Positions 19,070 through 26,528 of a stretch of DNA of 64,000 bases are shown piece by piece. The DNA comes from an uncultured Bacteroidales bacterium (GTDB lineage: Bacteria > Bacteroidota > Bacteroidia > Bacteroidales > UBA932). A program made the translations under genes and the position numbers. The notes beneath the pieces were generated by a model. The model saw only the letters and a program-made list of their open reading frames with translations, had not been told where the DNA came from and searched no databases. Position 1 is the first letter of the stretch, and each line of letters starts with the position of its first letter. The stretch spans positions 11,234-75,233 of the forward strand of contig ONRD01000004.1 of the NCBI GenBank assembly GCA_900320185.1, written 5' to 3'.

Positions 19070-20278
19070 ATGGCAGACAAAGGAAAGAAAAAGGGAGGGT
19101 TCCTGAAAGGACTGGGAGCCGGTCTTATGGTAATGTCGGCTCCGTTGTTTTTCAAAGCCCTGGCCGGCCAGGAAAAGATCGAAGCCGCAAGAAGCATCAA
19201 TCCCGCCCGCGCAGCAGCGATGCAGGACAGTGCCAATCTTTCTATGATCCTTGGCGTCGCCCTCCTCGTCGGAGGACTGGCGGCAATCATCATAGGAATA
19301 GCCAAGGGCTCCCGCAACAAGGGGAAAGACTCCCTCGGGGGCGGACAGGATCATCCAGGGCAAGGACCGGCTCCTGATGACCGGAACACCGCACAGCCAT
19401 TGCGGAGCCCTTCCCCGGCAGCGCATCTCTCCGCCCCTGAGGAGCATGCCCCTGCGGCGGAAGCGCCCCAAGGGAATATTCCTGCCTCGGCAGGGCAGGC
19501 CCCGGCGACGGAAGCGACCCAAGAGAATATTCCTGCCCCGGCATGGCAGGCCCCGGCGACGGAAGCGACCCAAGGGAATATCCCTGCCCGGGACTCCCGC
19601 AAACCGGAAGGCAACGGCGAAGCGGTGCCGGAAAGGATCAAAGTGGTTGTTCCCTCCTCCTGGAAGAGTGTCGTCCCGACTATCCTGGCAGTGATGTTCG
19701 GCCTGGCCCTGGTCGCGGTCATCATACGCGACAACCGCATCATCAAGGACAAGGACGCCTGGATTTCCTCCTTGAATGACCAGATCTACGACAAGCAGGA
19801 GACTATCGACGACCTGAAGGATGAACTTGAGGAAGCGAAGACGAAGATGTCCGACATGCAGGACAATGAGAAGAACCTCGAGTCAGCCCTCGCCAAACTT
19901 CCTCCGCTACTGATAACCGACCTGCAGATGGGAGTCACCAACAATGAGAGGGATATAATGGTTCCCCACGGCAACACAATCTACAGCTCCGAAACCATGT
20001 TCCTTTCACCTTCGATCTCCTACTACGGGATCCGCAGCGAAGAAGTCGAACTGCACATGAAGCTGTTCACTCCCTCGGGGAGGATGGCCTACAACGTCTC
20101 GGAATCCCCTTCTGGCTTCACCAACAAGACTTCGTTCTGGACTTTCAAGGGAGAGAACACAAGGATCCTGAACGGCTGGGGAAAGAATGTCCGGGGAAAC
20201 TGGAGCGCAGGCAGCTACAGGATTGAAATCTGGTACGGATCCACCTGCCTGTACTCCAAGGATTTCGAGATCTTCTGA
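19070..20278 (+). CDS. membrane protein of unknown function with a Pro/Ala-rich tandem repeat, a coiled coil and a beta-rich C-terminal domain
   Basis: The first ATG is at 19070; the listed ORF begins at a TTG at 19049. Three hydrophobic segments are present. The 17-aa repeat QAPATEATQxNIPAPAW occurs about 3 times. An acidic/Lys-rich helical stretch is followed by a C-terminal domain of about 130 aa ending ..YRIEIWYGSTCLYSKDFEIF. Confidence 0.6.
   Translation: MADKGKKKGGFLKGLGAGLMVMSAPLFFKALAGQEKIEAARSINPARAAAMQDSANLSMILGVALLVGGLAAIIIGIAKGSRNKGKDSLGGGQDHPGQGPAPDDRNTAQPLRSPSPAAHLSAPEEHAPAAEAPQGNIPASAGQAPATEATQENIPAPAWQAPATEATQGNIPARDSRKPEGNGEAVPERIKVVVPSSWKSVVPTILAVMFGLALVAVIIRDNRIIKDKDAWISSLNDQIYDKQETIDDLKDELEEAKTKMSDMQDNEKNLESALAKLPPLLITDLQMGVTNNERDIMVPHGNTIYSSETMFLSPSISYYGIRSEEVELHMKLFTPSGRMAYNVSESPSGFTNKTSFWTFKGENTRILNGWGKNVRGNWSAGSYRIEIWYGSTCLYSKDFEIF
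19445..19588 (+). repeat. in-frame 51-nt tandem repeat, about 2.8 copies
   Basis: Copies lie at 19445..19495 (diverged), 19496..19546 and 19547..19588 (partial). Copies 2 and 3 are nearly identical (cag gcc ccg gcg acg gaa gcg acc caa gRg aat atY cct gcc c). The antisense ORF 19028..19573 shows the same periodicity. Confidence 0.85.
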
Positions 20279-20383
20279 CGCCCGCTCCCGCCCCGCTGAA
20301 TGGTCAGGCCAAGACGGAGCCGGCCCGGTCGTGCGCTGCTACTTCAGGAAGAAAAAAAGGTGCGCCAGCCCGGTCCTGCCCTC

Positions 20384-20752
20384 TTACTTCAGGAAGACGA
20401 AAAAGACGGCGAGCACGAGACATGCGAAAGCCGCAAGGTGGTTCCACTGGATAGTCTGCCCCTTGAACACGAACATCACTATTATCGTAAAGACAGTGAG
20501 CGAGACAACCTCCTGGATTACCTTCAGCTGAAGCAGGTTGAAAGGTCCTCCGTTGGCCTGGAAGCCGATCCGGTTGGCCGGGACGGTCAGGCAATATTCG
20601 AAGAACGCGATTCCCCACGAGAAGAGGATGACCCCTATCAGCGGCCACCCGGTCGAGATTTTCATCTCACTCAGCTTCAGGTGTCCGTACCAGGCGAAAG
20701 TCATGAAGATGTTCGAGAACACGAGCATCAGCACAGTCCAAAAACCATTCAT
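20384..20752 (-). CDS. DMT-superfamily small membrane protein (DUF486)
   Basis: Start taken at MNGFWTVLMLVFSNIFMTFAWYGHLKL (Met 15 of the listed ORF), giving 122 aa and four hydrophobic segments. It matches the conserved DUF486 N-terminus. Confidence 0.7.
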   Translation of the reverse strand: MNGFWTVLMLVFSNIFMTFAWYGHLKLSEMKISTGWPLIGVILFSWGIAFFEYCLTVPANRIGFQANGGPFNLLQLKVIQEVVSLTVFTIIVMFVFKGQTIQWNHLAAFACLVLAVFFVFLK

Positions 20753-20823
20753 GCGACAAAGGACATTTACAGTTATTCTGAAAAAAGTTTGCAATTATAG
20801 GGTTTTTGTACGACAAAACAATG

Positions 20824-20831
20824 TATCTTTG
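20824..20831 (+). promoter_or_regulatory. candidate -7 box TATCTTTG
   Basis: An exact TAnnTTTG match in the divergent spacer 20753..20903, 72 nt upstream of the ATG at 20904. Confidence 0.35.
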
Positions 20832-20903
20832 CCCCCGACCACAAAACACAGTCCGTCACCATCCCCGGTTCCAAGGGGCCGGACGGCCGAAACACTAAAA
20901 AGC

Positions 20904-22214
20904 ATGAAAAGATTTTTACTGGCAGCCATTCTCTCCTGCGGCTGCATCATTACCGCCAACGCTCAGGAGATAGCCAAAACCGGACTGAACTTCGGTCCAC
21001 TACCGGCAGTAGGATATTCCTCCGACCTCGGATGGCACTACGGCGCATTGAGCGACATCTACTGGTACGGCGACGGTTCCACCTACCCGGAATACATGTG
21101 GAAGGCCAACGTTGAAGTGTCACGGTACTCCAAGGGCAACACCGTCCTGCACAGTTTCTTCGACAGCAAGTACCTGATACCAGGACTGAGGGTGTCCGCA
21201 GCCGTATCCTGGTTCGGAAACAAGACCACGAACTTCTACGGTTTCAACGGAGCATCCTCCCTCTACGTACCCGAGCTCGATGCGATCTCCGACATGGGGC
21301 GCGGTTTCTACCTCATGAGAAGGGATATATTCCGCATCCAGACCTGCCTGCAGGGCAGCTTCGGCGAAAGCAACTGGGGTTGGGCCGGCGGGCTTACATT
21401 CTGGGATATCCGCACCGGGCATGCAGAGAACAAGGGCCTGGTATCCGGCCATGACTACTCTCTCTACGACCTCTACGTCCAGACCGGGGTCATCCCGCAG
21501 GCCGAGAAGGAAGGCGGACGCCACCTCGAGGTCAAGGCAGGAGTGGTGTACGACACCCGTGACCATGAGAACAATCCCTCCAGGGGGACCAACCTCGAGG
21601 CATATGTCTTCGGGTCGCCGGACATCCTCTCGAAGCATGACAACAGCTACCTGAAGCTGGCCCTCCACTTCAAGCAGTTCTTCCCTCTGGGCGACCGCCT
21701 GGTCTTCGGAACCCATCTGGCCTACCAGGGCCTGGTCGCCGGGAACGCCCCATACTACATGCTCCAGAGCATCCAGTCCATCAACATGAAGCAGATCAAC
21801 ACCGAGGGACTCGGTTCGACCTGCACCCTCCGCGGTACCATCAACAACCGCCTCCAGGGCAACGGCTATGCATGGATGAACAACGAAATACGCTGGAGCT
21901 TCGCGAAGTTCCGCTGGATCAACCAGAACTGGACCCTTGCGACGAACCCCTTCTTCGACATGGGAATGATCGTCCAGCCCTACCGTCTTGAGGAGATGAA
22001 GTCTCTGCTGGGCGTCAACGGGATAATTGAGGAGACGGGCACAGCCCTGGCTGCCTTCTACACGCAGCAGGCCGAGAAGCTTCACATGAGCGCCGGTATC
22101 GGCCTCCATGTCATCATGAACCAGAACTTCAACATCAATTTCGAGTTCGGCAAGTGCTTCGACGCCAACGACGGAAACATCGGCATCAATATCGGCCTGA
22201 ACTATATCTTCTAG
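20904..22214 (+). CDS. outer-membrane beta-barrel protein (Omp85/surface-antigen-like, no POTRA domain seen)
   Basis: The true start is at MKRFLLAAILSCGCIITANAQ (ATG 20904). The listed ORF 20538.. reads through the upstream spacer. 436 aa, aromatic-rich alternating strands, ends ..GLNYIF. Confidence 0.55.
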   Translation: MKRFLLAAILSCGCIITANAQEIAKTGLNFGPLPAVGYSSDLGWHYGALSDIYWYGDGSTYPEYMWKANVEVSRYSKGNTVLHSFFDSKYLIPGLRVSAAVSWFGNKTTNFYGFNGASSLYVPELDAISDMGRGFYLMRRDIFRIQTCLQGSFGESNWGWAGGLTFWDIRTGHAENKGLVSGHDYSLYDLYVQTGVIPQAEKEGGRHLEVKAGVVYDTRDHENNPSRGTNLEAYVFGSPDILSKHDNSYLKLALHFKQFFPLGDRLVFGTHLAYQGLVAGNAPYYMLQSIQSINMKQINTEGLGSTCTLRGTINNRLQGNGYAWMNNEIRWSFAKFRWINQNWTLATNPFFDMGMIVQPYRLEEMKSLLGVNGIIEETGTALAAFYTQQAEKLHMSAGIGLHVIMNQNFNINFEFGKCFDANDGNIGINIGLNYIF

Positions 22215-22239
22215 GAAGGCACGGCATCTGCCGCAAGAA

Positions 22240-22270
22240 AGAGGCTGACTCAAAAGTCAGCCTCTCTTTG
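22240..22270. terminator. hairpin terminator between convergent genes
   Basis: A perfect 10-bp stem (AGAGGCTGAC / GTCAGCCTCT) with a 6-nt loop, followed by CTTTG on the plus strand and TTCTTG on the minus strand. Confidence 0.5.
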
Positions 22271-22282
22271 TATGAAGCATAC

Positions 22283-23935
22283 CTACCTGGGAAGGATCAC
22301 TATCTTTCCCTTTTCCGGAATGATGCGGAAGACCGCCCCCGGAGATTCGACGGAACGAAGGTCTTCGACATGGCCGCACGGGACGCTGATGCGGTAGTCC
22401 ATTCCCTGGAAGCTGGCCGCTACTGCGTCCTCCGTGATGGCGGTGAACGGCAGTCCGGCGCCGGGAGATACGCTCATCCCAAGACTCCAGTCGCCTACCT
22501 TGCCCTTGGATTCGATTTCAATCCTGTCCTCGGACAGCCGTATCAGGAAGCGTGAGGCACCGTCAACGGACGGCCATGTGATGTCCTGCCTGCGACCCCC
22601 TTCGCCCCAGGAGAACTCAGGAGCCCCTCCGTTGAAACCGGTGGCATCGAAATGAAGCCCGGCCATGCATCCAATGGAACTCCAGAGGCAGCCGTCCACG
22701 ATGGGAAGGGTCTCGTAACGGAAGACAGGCAGGGTGTCCGTCTTCTCCAGATATTCCGAACGCAGGTTCTCGTCGAAGAGATGGACGTCGCGGAATTTCA
22801 AGCTGGCGCCGTTTCCTTCCCACAGCAGGTTGACGCGGTAGTTGCGGCAGTTGAACCACAGGGTCTTACGGCCTTCGTTGCGGTTGTCCTCCGTGGTGAT
22901 GACGGATGTCGGCGGGGTCAGGGAGTACTGTTCCTTGAACCAGCGGCCGGTCTCTGCCAGGGTCTCGATCCGGACCTTTCCCTGTGCCTGGAGTTCGACA
23001 AGGTCCTGTGTCTGGGTCACGAATCCCTTTGCCATCGCACCCCAGGTGAAGGAATTCTCCTGCCCCACCTGCACGTAGTTGAATCCCAGATGGGGTTCCT
23101 CCGTGAACATATTGAAGAACCAGTCGATCCATACTGGATTGCCGCCGCCTTCGAGGTAGACGGGCTCAAGGGTCGCAACGCTCTGGACGACTCCGCCGAC
23201 TCCGGCTTCATACTGGTAGATCGGGTCGCTTCCAAGCATCCTGAAAACCGGGACTGGTATCCCTCCCTCCACGGTCTGAGCGGGCATGTAGGCGTTCTGG
23301 CGGCTTGGGTAGTAACCGCCGTTCCAGTAGCCCCCCCAAAGGGTGTAGCCGTCGGTTCCGACCTGGTCGCGGCAGATGCAGGAAGCGTCGATGCCGTACT
23401 TGTCATTGAAGCAGGCCAGGGTGAGCGCATCGATGAACCAGGAGCCTACGGACTTTGGATATTCCCCGAATATCTCCTTGAACTTTTCCATGTACACATC
23501 CACCAGCTTCTCGCGCTCCTGCGGAGTGTAGCCTATGGAGAAATCGACATTCGCGTGCCAGTCCCACGGATAGCGTCCTCGCCAGGTGTATCCGGCGGCC
23601 TCGACATGCGGCTGGGTGATCTCCCACCAGGCCCCCACCTCGCAGCCGCGGGCGATCTCCTCCTTCATCAGTTTCTGGAAAGAGGTGTCGATCAGGGCGT
23701 CGTATTGAAGCAGATAGGTGCCCTTGAGGTTCTTGCTCCGCAGGTCCTCGGCCTGGGAGACTACGGTCTGGTAGAGCACTTCCTCGGTGATCGCGTCCAC
23801 CCGTGGTTCAGTGTAACGCACGAAGTTGATGATGTTTACGATCCTTGGTGACCGGGTCTCAACTGACTTTTGGCCACATCCCTGCACGATGCAAAGCATG
23901 GCCACGGCAAACGTGGTGATTCTGAATGATCTCAT
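22283..23935 (-). CDS. exported lipoprotein of unknown function, possibly carbohydrate-active
   Basis: Start at MRSFRITTFAVAMLCIVQGCGQ (ATG 23935), giving 550 aa. Trp/Tyr/Gly-rich (..YTLWGGYWNGGYYPSRQNAYMP..). No family could be assigned by eye. Confidence 0.5.
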   Translation of the reverse strand: MRSFRITTFAVAMLCIVQGCGQKSVETRSPRIVNIINFVRYTEPRVDAITEEVLYQTVVSQAEDLRSKNLKGTYLLQYDALIDTSFQKLMKEEIARGCEVGAWWEITQPHVEAAGYTWRGRYPWDWHANVDFSIGYTPQEREKLVDVYMEKFKEIFGEYPKSVGSWFIDALTLACFNDKYGIDASCICRDQVGTDGYTLWGGYWNGGYYPSRQNAYMPAQTVEGGIPVPVFRMLGSDPIYQYEAGVGGVVQSVATLEPVYLEGGGNPVWIDWFFNMFTEEPHLGFNYVQVGQENSFTWGAMAKGFVTQTQDLVELQAQGKVRIETLAETGRWFKEQYSLTPPTSVITTEDNRNEGRKTLWFNCRNYRVNLLWEGNGASLKFRDVHLFDENLRSEYLEKTDTLPVFRYETLPIVDGCLWSSIGCMAGLHFDATGFNGGAPEFSWGEGGRRQDITWPSVDGASRFLIRLSEDRIEIESKGKVGDWSLGMSVSPGAGLPFTAITEDAVAASFQGMDYRISVPCGHVEDLRSVESPGAVFRIIPEKGKIVILPR

Positions 23936-23996
23936 ATGGTTGAATGCTGTCTGTCCGTAAATATAGTAAAAATGGATAAAACGAAGCGGAAGGGCC

Positions 23997-24392
23997 TCAG
24001 GCAAGGTGCCTCCCGCCGTACCGGTCATGCCGGACCCCGCCCAGCCGGTCGGCCCAGTTCTCCGGGAACGAATCATAGTAATGCCCCGGGCGATAGAGCT
24101 GCAGCCATGCGCGCAGTCCCGACCACAATCCTACGACGGGAAGGTATAAAGGACCGAGGATCCGGGACTGGAGGCAGTGGCCGTATTCATGTACGAGGGT
24201 CATGGGGGTGTCCTTCCCTACGATGATGTGCCTTCCAAGGGATATCCCTCCCGGGAAACGGCTGCTGACATGGACAAGGCATCCCCTGTAAGAGTAGCGG
24301 TACCGGCAGCCATAGGCGGCGGCAAGGAACCGGCCCAGCACGTTCTGCGGAGACTGCCATGCCCAAAGGAATATGTCTTTGAAACGGACCAT
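23997..24392 (-). CDS. small protein with a HExxH motif (putative zinc-dependent hydrolase fold), function unknown
   Basis: 131 aa with the motif TLVHEYGHCLQS and no signal peptide. It sits between two exported proteins on the same strand, with gaps of 16 and 61 nt. Confidence 0.45.
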   Translation of the reverse strand: MVRFKDIFLWAWQSPQNVLGRFLAAAYGCRYRYSYRGCLVHVSSRFPGGISLGRHIIVGKDTPMTLVHEYGHCLQSRILGPLYLPVVGLWSGLRAWLQLYRPGHYYDSFPENWADRLGGVRHDRYGGRHLA

Positions 24393-24408
24393 GGAGGGCT
24401 GCCTCCCG

Positions 24409-26466
24409 TCAATCCTTCCCTTCAGTGACGAAAACGGATGAATACGGCGGCATGTCGACCGTGGTCTTCCTGCCGTTCTCCCCGGTAAAGGTGTTCCAGA
24501 CCCTCACGGGTCCCCTGGCCTTGAGGCTGACCTTCTGCCCTTCAGGAGAGGAATTGATGACATACCACATCTTCCGACCATCCTTTTCGTAGAGGCCGAC
24601 GAAGACGGACTCCGGCCGGTCAGCCCTGATGCGGAGCCCATAGTCCACCCGGGACCTGAGGGCTGCGACGGGATCGGGGCACAACGCCGAGGCCTCGCTG
24701 TCAGGCTTCGCTCCGACCCAGAGGACGAGTCCGCCGGAGTTCTCGAACTCGCGGAGTTTCTCCCGCGTACCTGCCGGCAGCCACCTTACGGCCGGCATGA
24801 CGACCACGTCGACGGACAAGCCGTTCGCGGAGAGAGAGCCTCCGTCAAGGACGGCCTCCCCTATCCACTCGGAGTCGACGAAGGTCCAGTCCAGCTGCGC
24901 CGCTGCCAGCCCACGGTTCAGGGTCCTCAGGGTCTCTTCGGCCAGGGTCTCCGCCTCGGAGAGCCTTGCGCCGTTGTTGACGCCGATCTTTTCCGGGCAG
25001 TAATATCCCTGGACGGTCTCGATCGGATAGAACATGCCGATCCTGCCGGTCCAGCGTGCCCCGCGCAGCATGTAGGCGCAGCGGCCGAATATGGCCGAAT
25101 AGTGGGGGAAATCATCCCCGAGCCGGCTGGAGACAAGGTAGGAGTTGATGTGGTTGATGCCTGCCCTGAAGATCAAGTCCATGGTACCACGTTCCTCGGC
25201 GAAGGTGAAATCGCTGTCGCGGTCGCCGCCCTGGATCGGACAGATCTCCACCATCACCCGGTCGGTCTTTCCAGTCATCCTTGCAGCGCCGCCGACGTAA
25301 CGCGGAGCCAGGGCATAGTCGGCACTGGAAAACTTGTAGGCCTCCGGATCCCCCGTGAGCATGTCCACGCCGGGATAATCGAAAGTCTTCAGCTGGCGGA
25401 CCAGGTTGCCGTAGAGAGGAGTGTGCATCGCCAGGCCCTCCTCGAGCAGGCAGTGGCCGGAAAACTTGATGCCGTGCGCCGCGCACCATTTTTCAATCTG
25501 GCCGAAATAAGCCTCGTTCATGAGCTGGGAGACAGTCTGCCAGAAACGCACCTTGCCCTCTTCGAAGCGCTCTTCACGGGAGAACAGGACCGGCATGTCC
25601 TTCCAAAGCTCACGGCCATGCATCTGAAGGTACTTCGCCGGCATCTCCTCCGTCCATGGAAGGAACGTATAGGGCATGGGCACGGTGCAGTTGACGTAGC
25701 CGGACATCAGGCTCGGCTCGTCCGTGAACACCGCCTCCAACTTACCGAAGCCCTTTGTCTTGTCGTAGTACTTGTCATAGGTACAGCTTATGAATGAGGC
25801 GACGGCGGCCTTGTCCAGCAGGTTCGGATAGTGCCTGGGGCCCCATCCGCAGTTCTGGGCGTGGCTGCCCTCGAAAAGCGGCCGCACGACATAGACCCTG
25901 TCTGCCCCTTCGGCATGGTTTGCATCGAAGGGGACGGGGGTTCCGTCATCCTTGCAGGCAAAGATAATCTTCTCAAACGTGCCGGGCCTGTTCCAGACGG
26001 TACCGGGGCCTTCGGCGCGGAGTTCGGCGAATCCCCTGGCCTCATATTCAGGATGGCCGAGGAGCGTGAGCCCGTTGGCCGATGCGCTCGGGTAGCCGCA
26101 CTCGTCATAGAGCCATACCCCCATCCCTCTCTCACCAAGGGAAGCTATCACCTTGTCGAGATGGGCGAAGTCAGAGTCGTTCTGAAGATAGAAGTTCTTG
26201 TCAGACTTGCCGTTGTGCCACTCCGCATTCGTGACTATACCTCCGAAACCGGCTGCCGAAAGCCTGTCCAGGATGGCATCCACGTCTCCGGCCGTACTGT
26301 GCTGGAGCATGTAGATGCGGTCCGCATTGGTTGGATGGGCGAACCGGTCCTTGTCGACAGGCGACCCGGCACCCGAAGGCTGCGCCATGGAGGCCGTCAC
26401 TCCGACGGCAGAGAGTAAGAAGGTCAAAAACAATCGTTTCATAAGTCTTGTGGTCATATCTGTCAA
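24409..26466 (-). CDS. exported putative glycoside hydrolase (TIM-barrel-like), family unassigned
   Basis: 685 aa with signal peptide ..MKRLFLTFLLSAVGVTASMAQ. The motifs GVWLYDECGYPSASANG and AVFTDEPSL recall GH-like barrels. The Met codon at 26439 is an alternative start. Confidence 0.5.
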   Translation of the reverse strand: MTDMTTRLMKRLFLTFLLSAVGVTASMAQPSGAGSPVDKDRFAHPTNADRIYMLQHSTAGDVDAILDRLSAAGFGGIVTNAEWHNGKSDKNFYLQNDSDFAHLDKVIASLGERGMGVWLYDECGYPSASANGLTLLGHPEYEARGFAELRAEGPGTVWNRPGTFEKIIFACKDDGTPVPFDANHAEGADRVYVVRPLFEGSHAQNCGWGPRHYPNLLDKAAVASFISCTYDKYYDKTKGFGKLEAVFTDEPSLMSGYVNCTVPMPYTFLPWTEEMPAKYLQMHGRELWKDMPVLFSREERFEEGKVRFWQTVSQLMNEAYFGQIEKWCAAHGIKFSGHCLLEEGLAMHTPLYGNLVRQLKTFDYPGVDMLTGDPEAYKFSSADYALAPRYVGGAARMTGKTDRVMVEICPIQGGDRDSDFTFAEERGTMDLIFRAGINHINSYLVSSRLGDDFPHYSAIFGRCAYMLRGARWTGRIGMFYPIETVQGYYCPEKIGVNNGARLSEAETLAEETLRTLNRGLAAAQLDWTFVDSEWIGEAVLDGGSLSANGLSVDVVVMPAVRWLPAGTREKLREFENSGGLVLWVGAKPDSEASALCPDPVAALRSRVDYGLRIRADRPESVFVGLYEKDGRKMWYVINSSPEGQKVSLKARGPVRVWNTFTGENGRKTTVDMPPYSSVFVTEGKD

Positions 26467-26528
26467 TTTGTTGTTTTCAATCGGGCAGGTTATCCCGGCC
26501 CGTGGTCACTTCCCTGCGGGTGGCCCGT

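Noticed and set aside
19445-19588. A tandem repeat considered as a possible CRISPR-like array.
   Set aside because: The repeats are directly adjacent with no spacers, are in frame inside a CDS, and encode a Pro/Ala-rich peptide repeat. There are no cas genes in the window.
20275-20289. A 15-nt identity (CTGACGCCCGCTCCC) with 52146..52160. Both copies begin at the stop codon of a plus-strand gene.
   Set aside because: A rough estimate gives on the order of one or more such 15-mer coincidences by chance in a GC-rich 64 kb window. No extended similarity or structure surrounds either copy.
20538-20903. Long N-terminal extensions of listed ORFs. Besides this one, they occur at 28143..28529, 23936..24076, 34183..34281, 49602..49913, 50674..50757, 55527..55586 and 44066..44227.
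   Set aside because: The extensions read through promoter or spacer DNA, or through the end of the upstream gene. In each case an internal Met begins a signal peptide or the conserved family N-terminus.
21120-22253. A 377-aa minus-strand ORF. Similar long shadow ORFs occur at 22652..23851, 31208..32629, 34246..35391, 41793..42845, 49851..50804, 29742..30824, 5080..5799, 6265..7065 and 7073..7840.
   Set aside because: Each is antisense to, or out of frame with, a gene that has clear family motifs. None carries motifs of its own.
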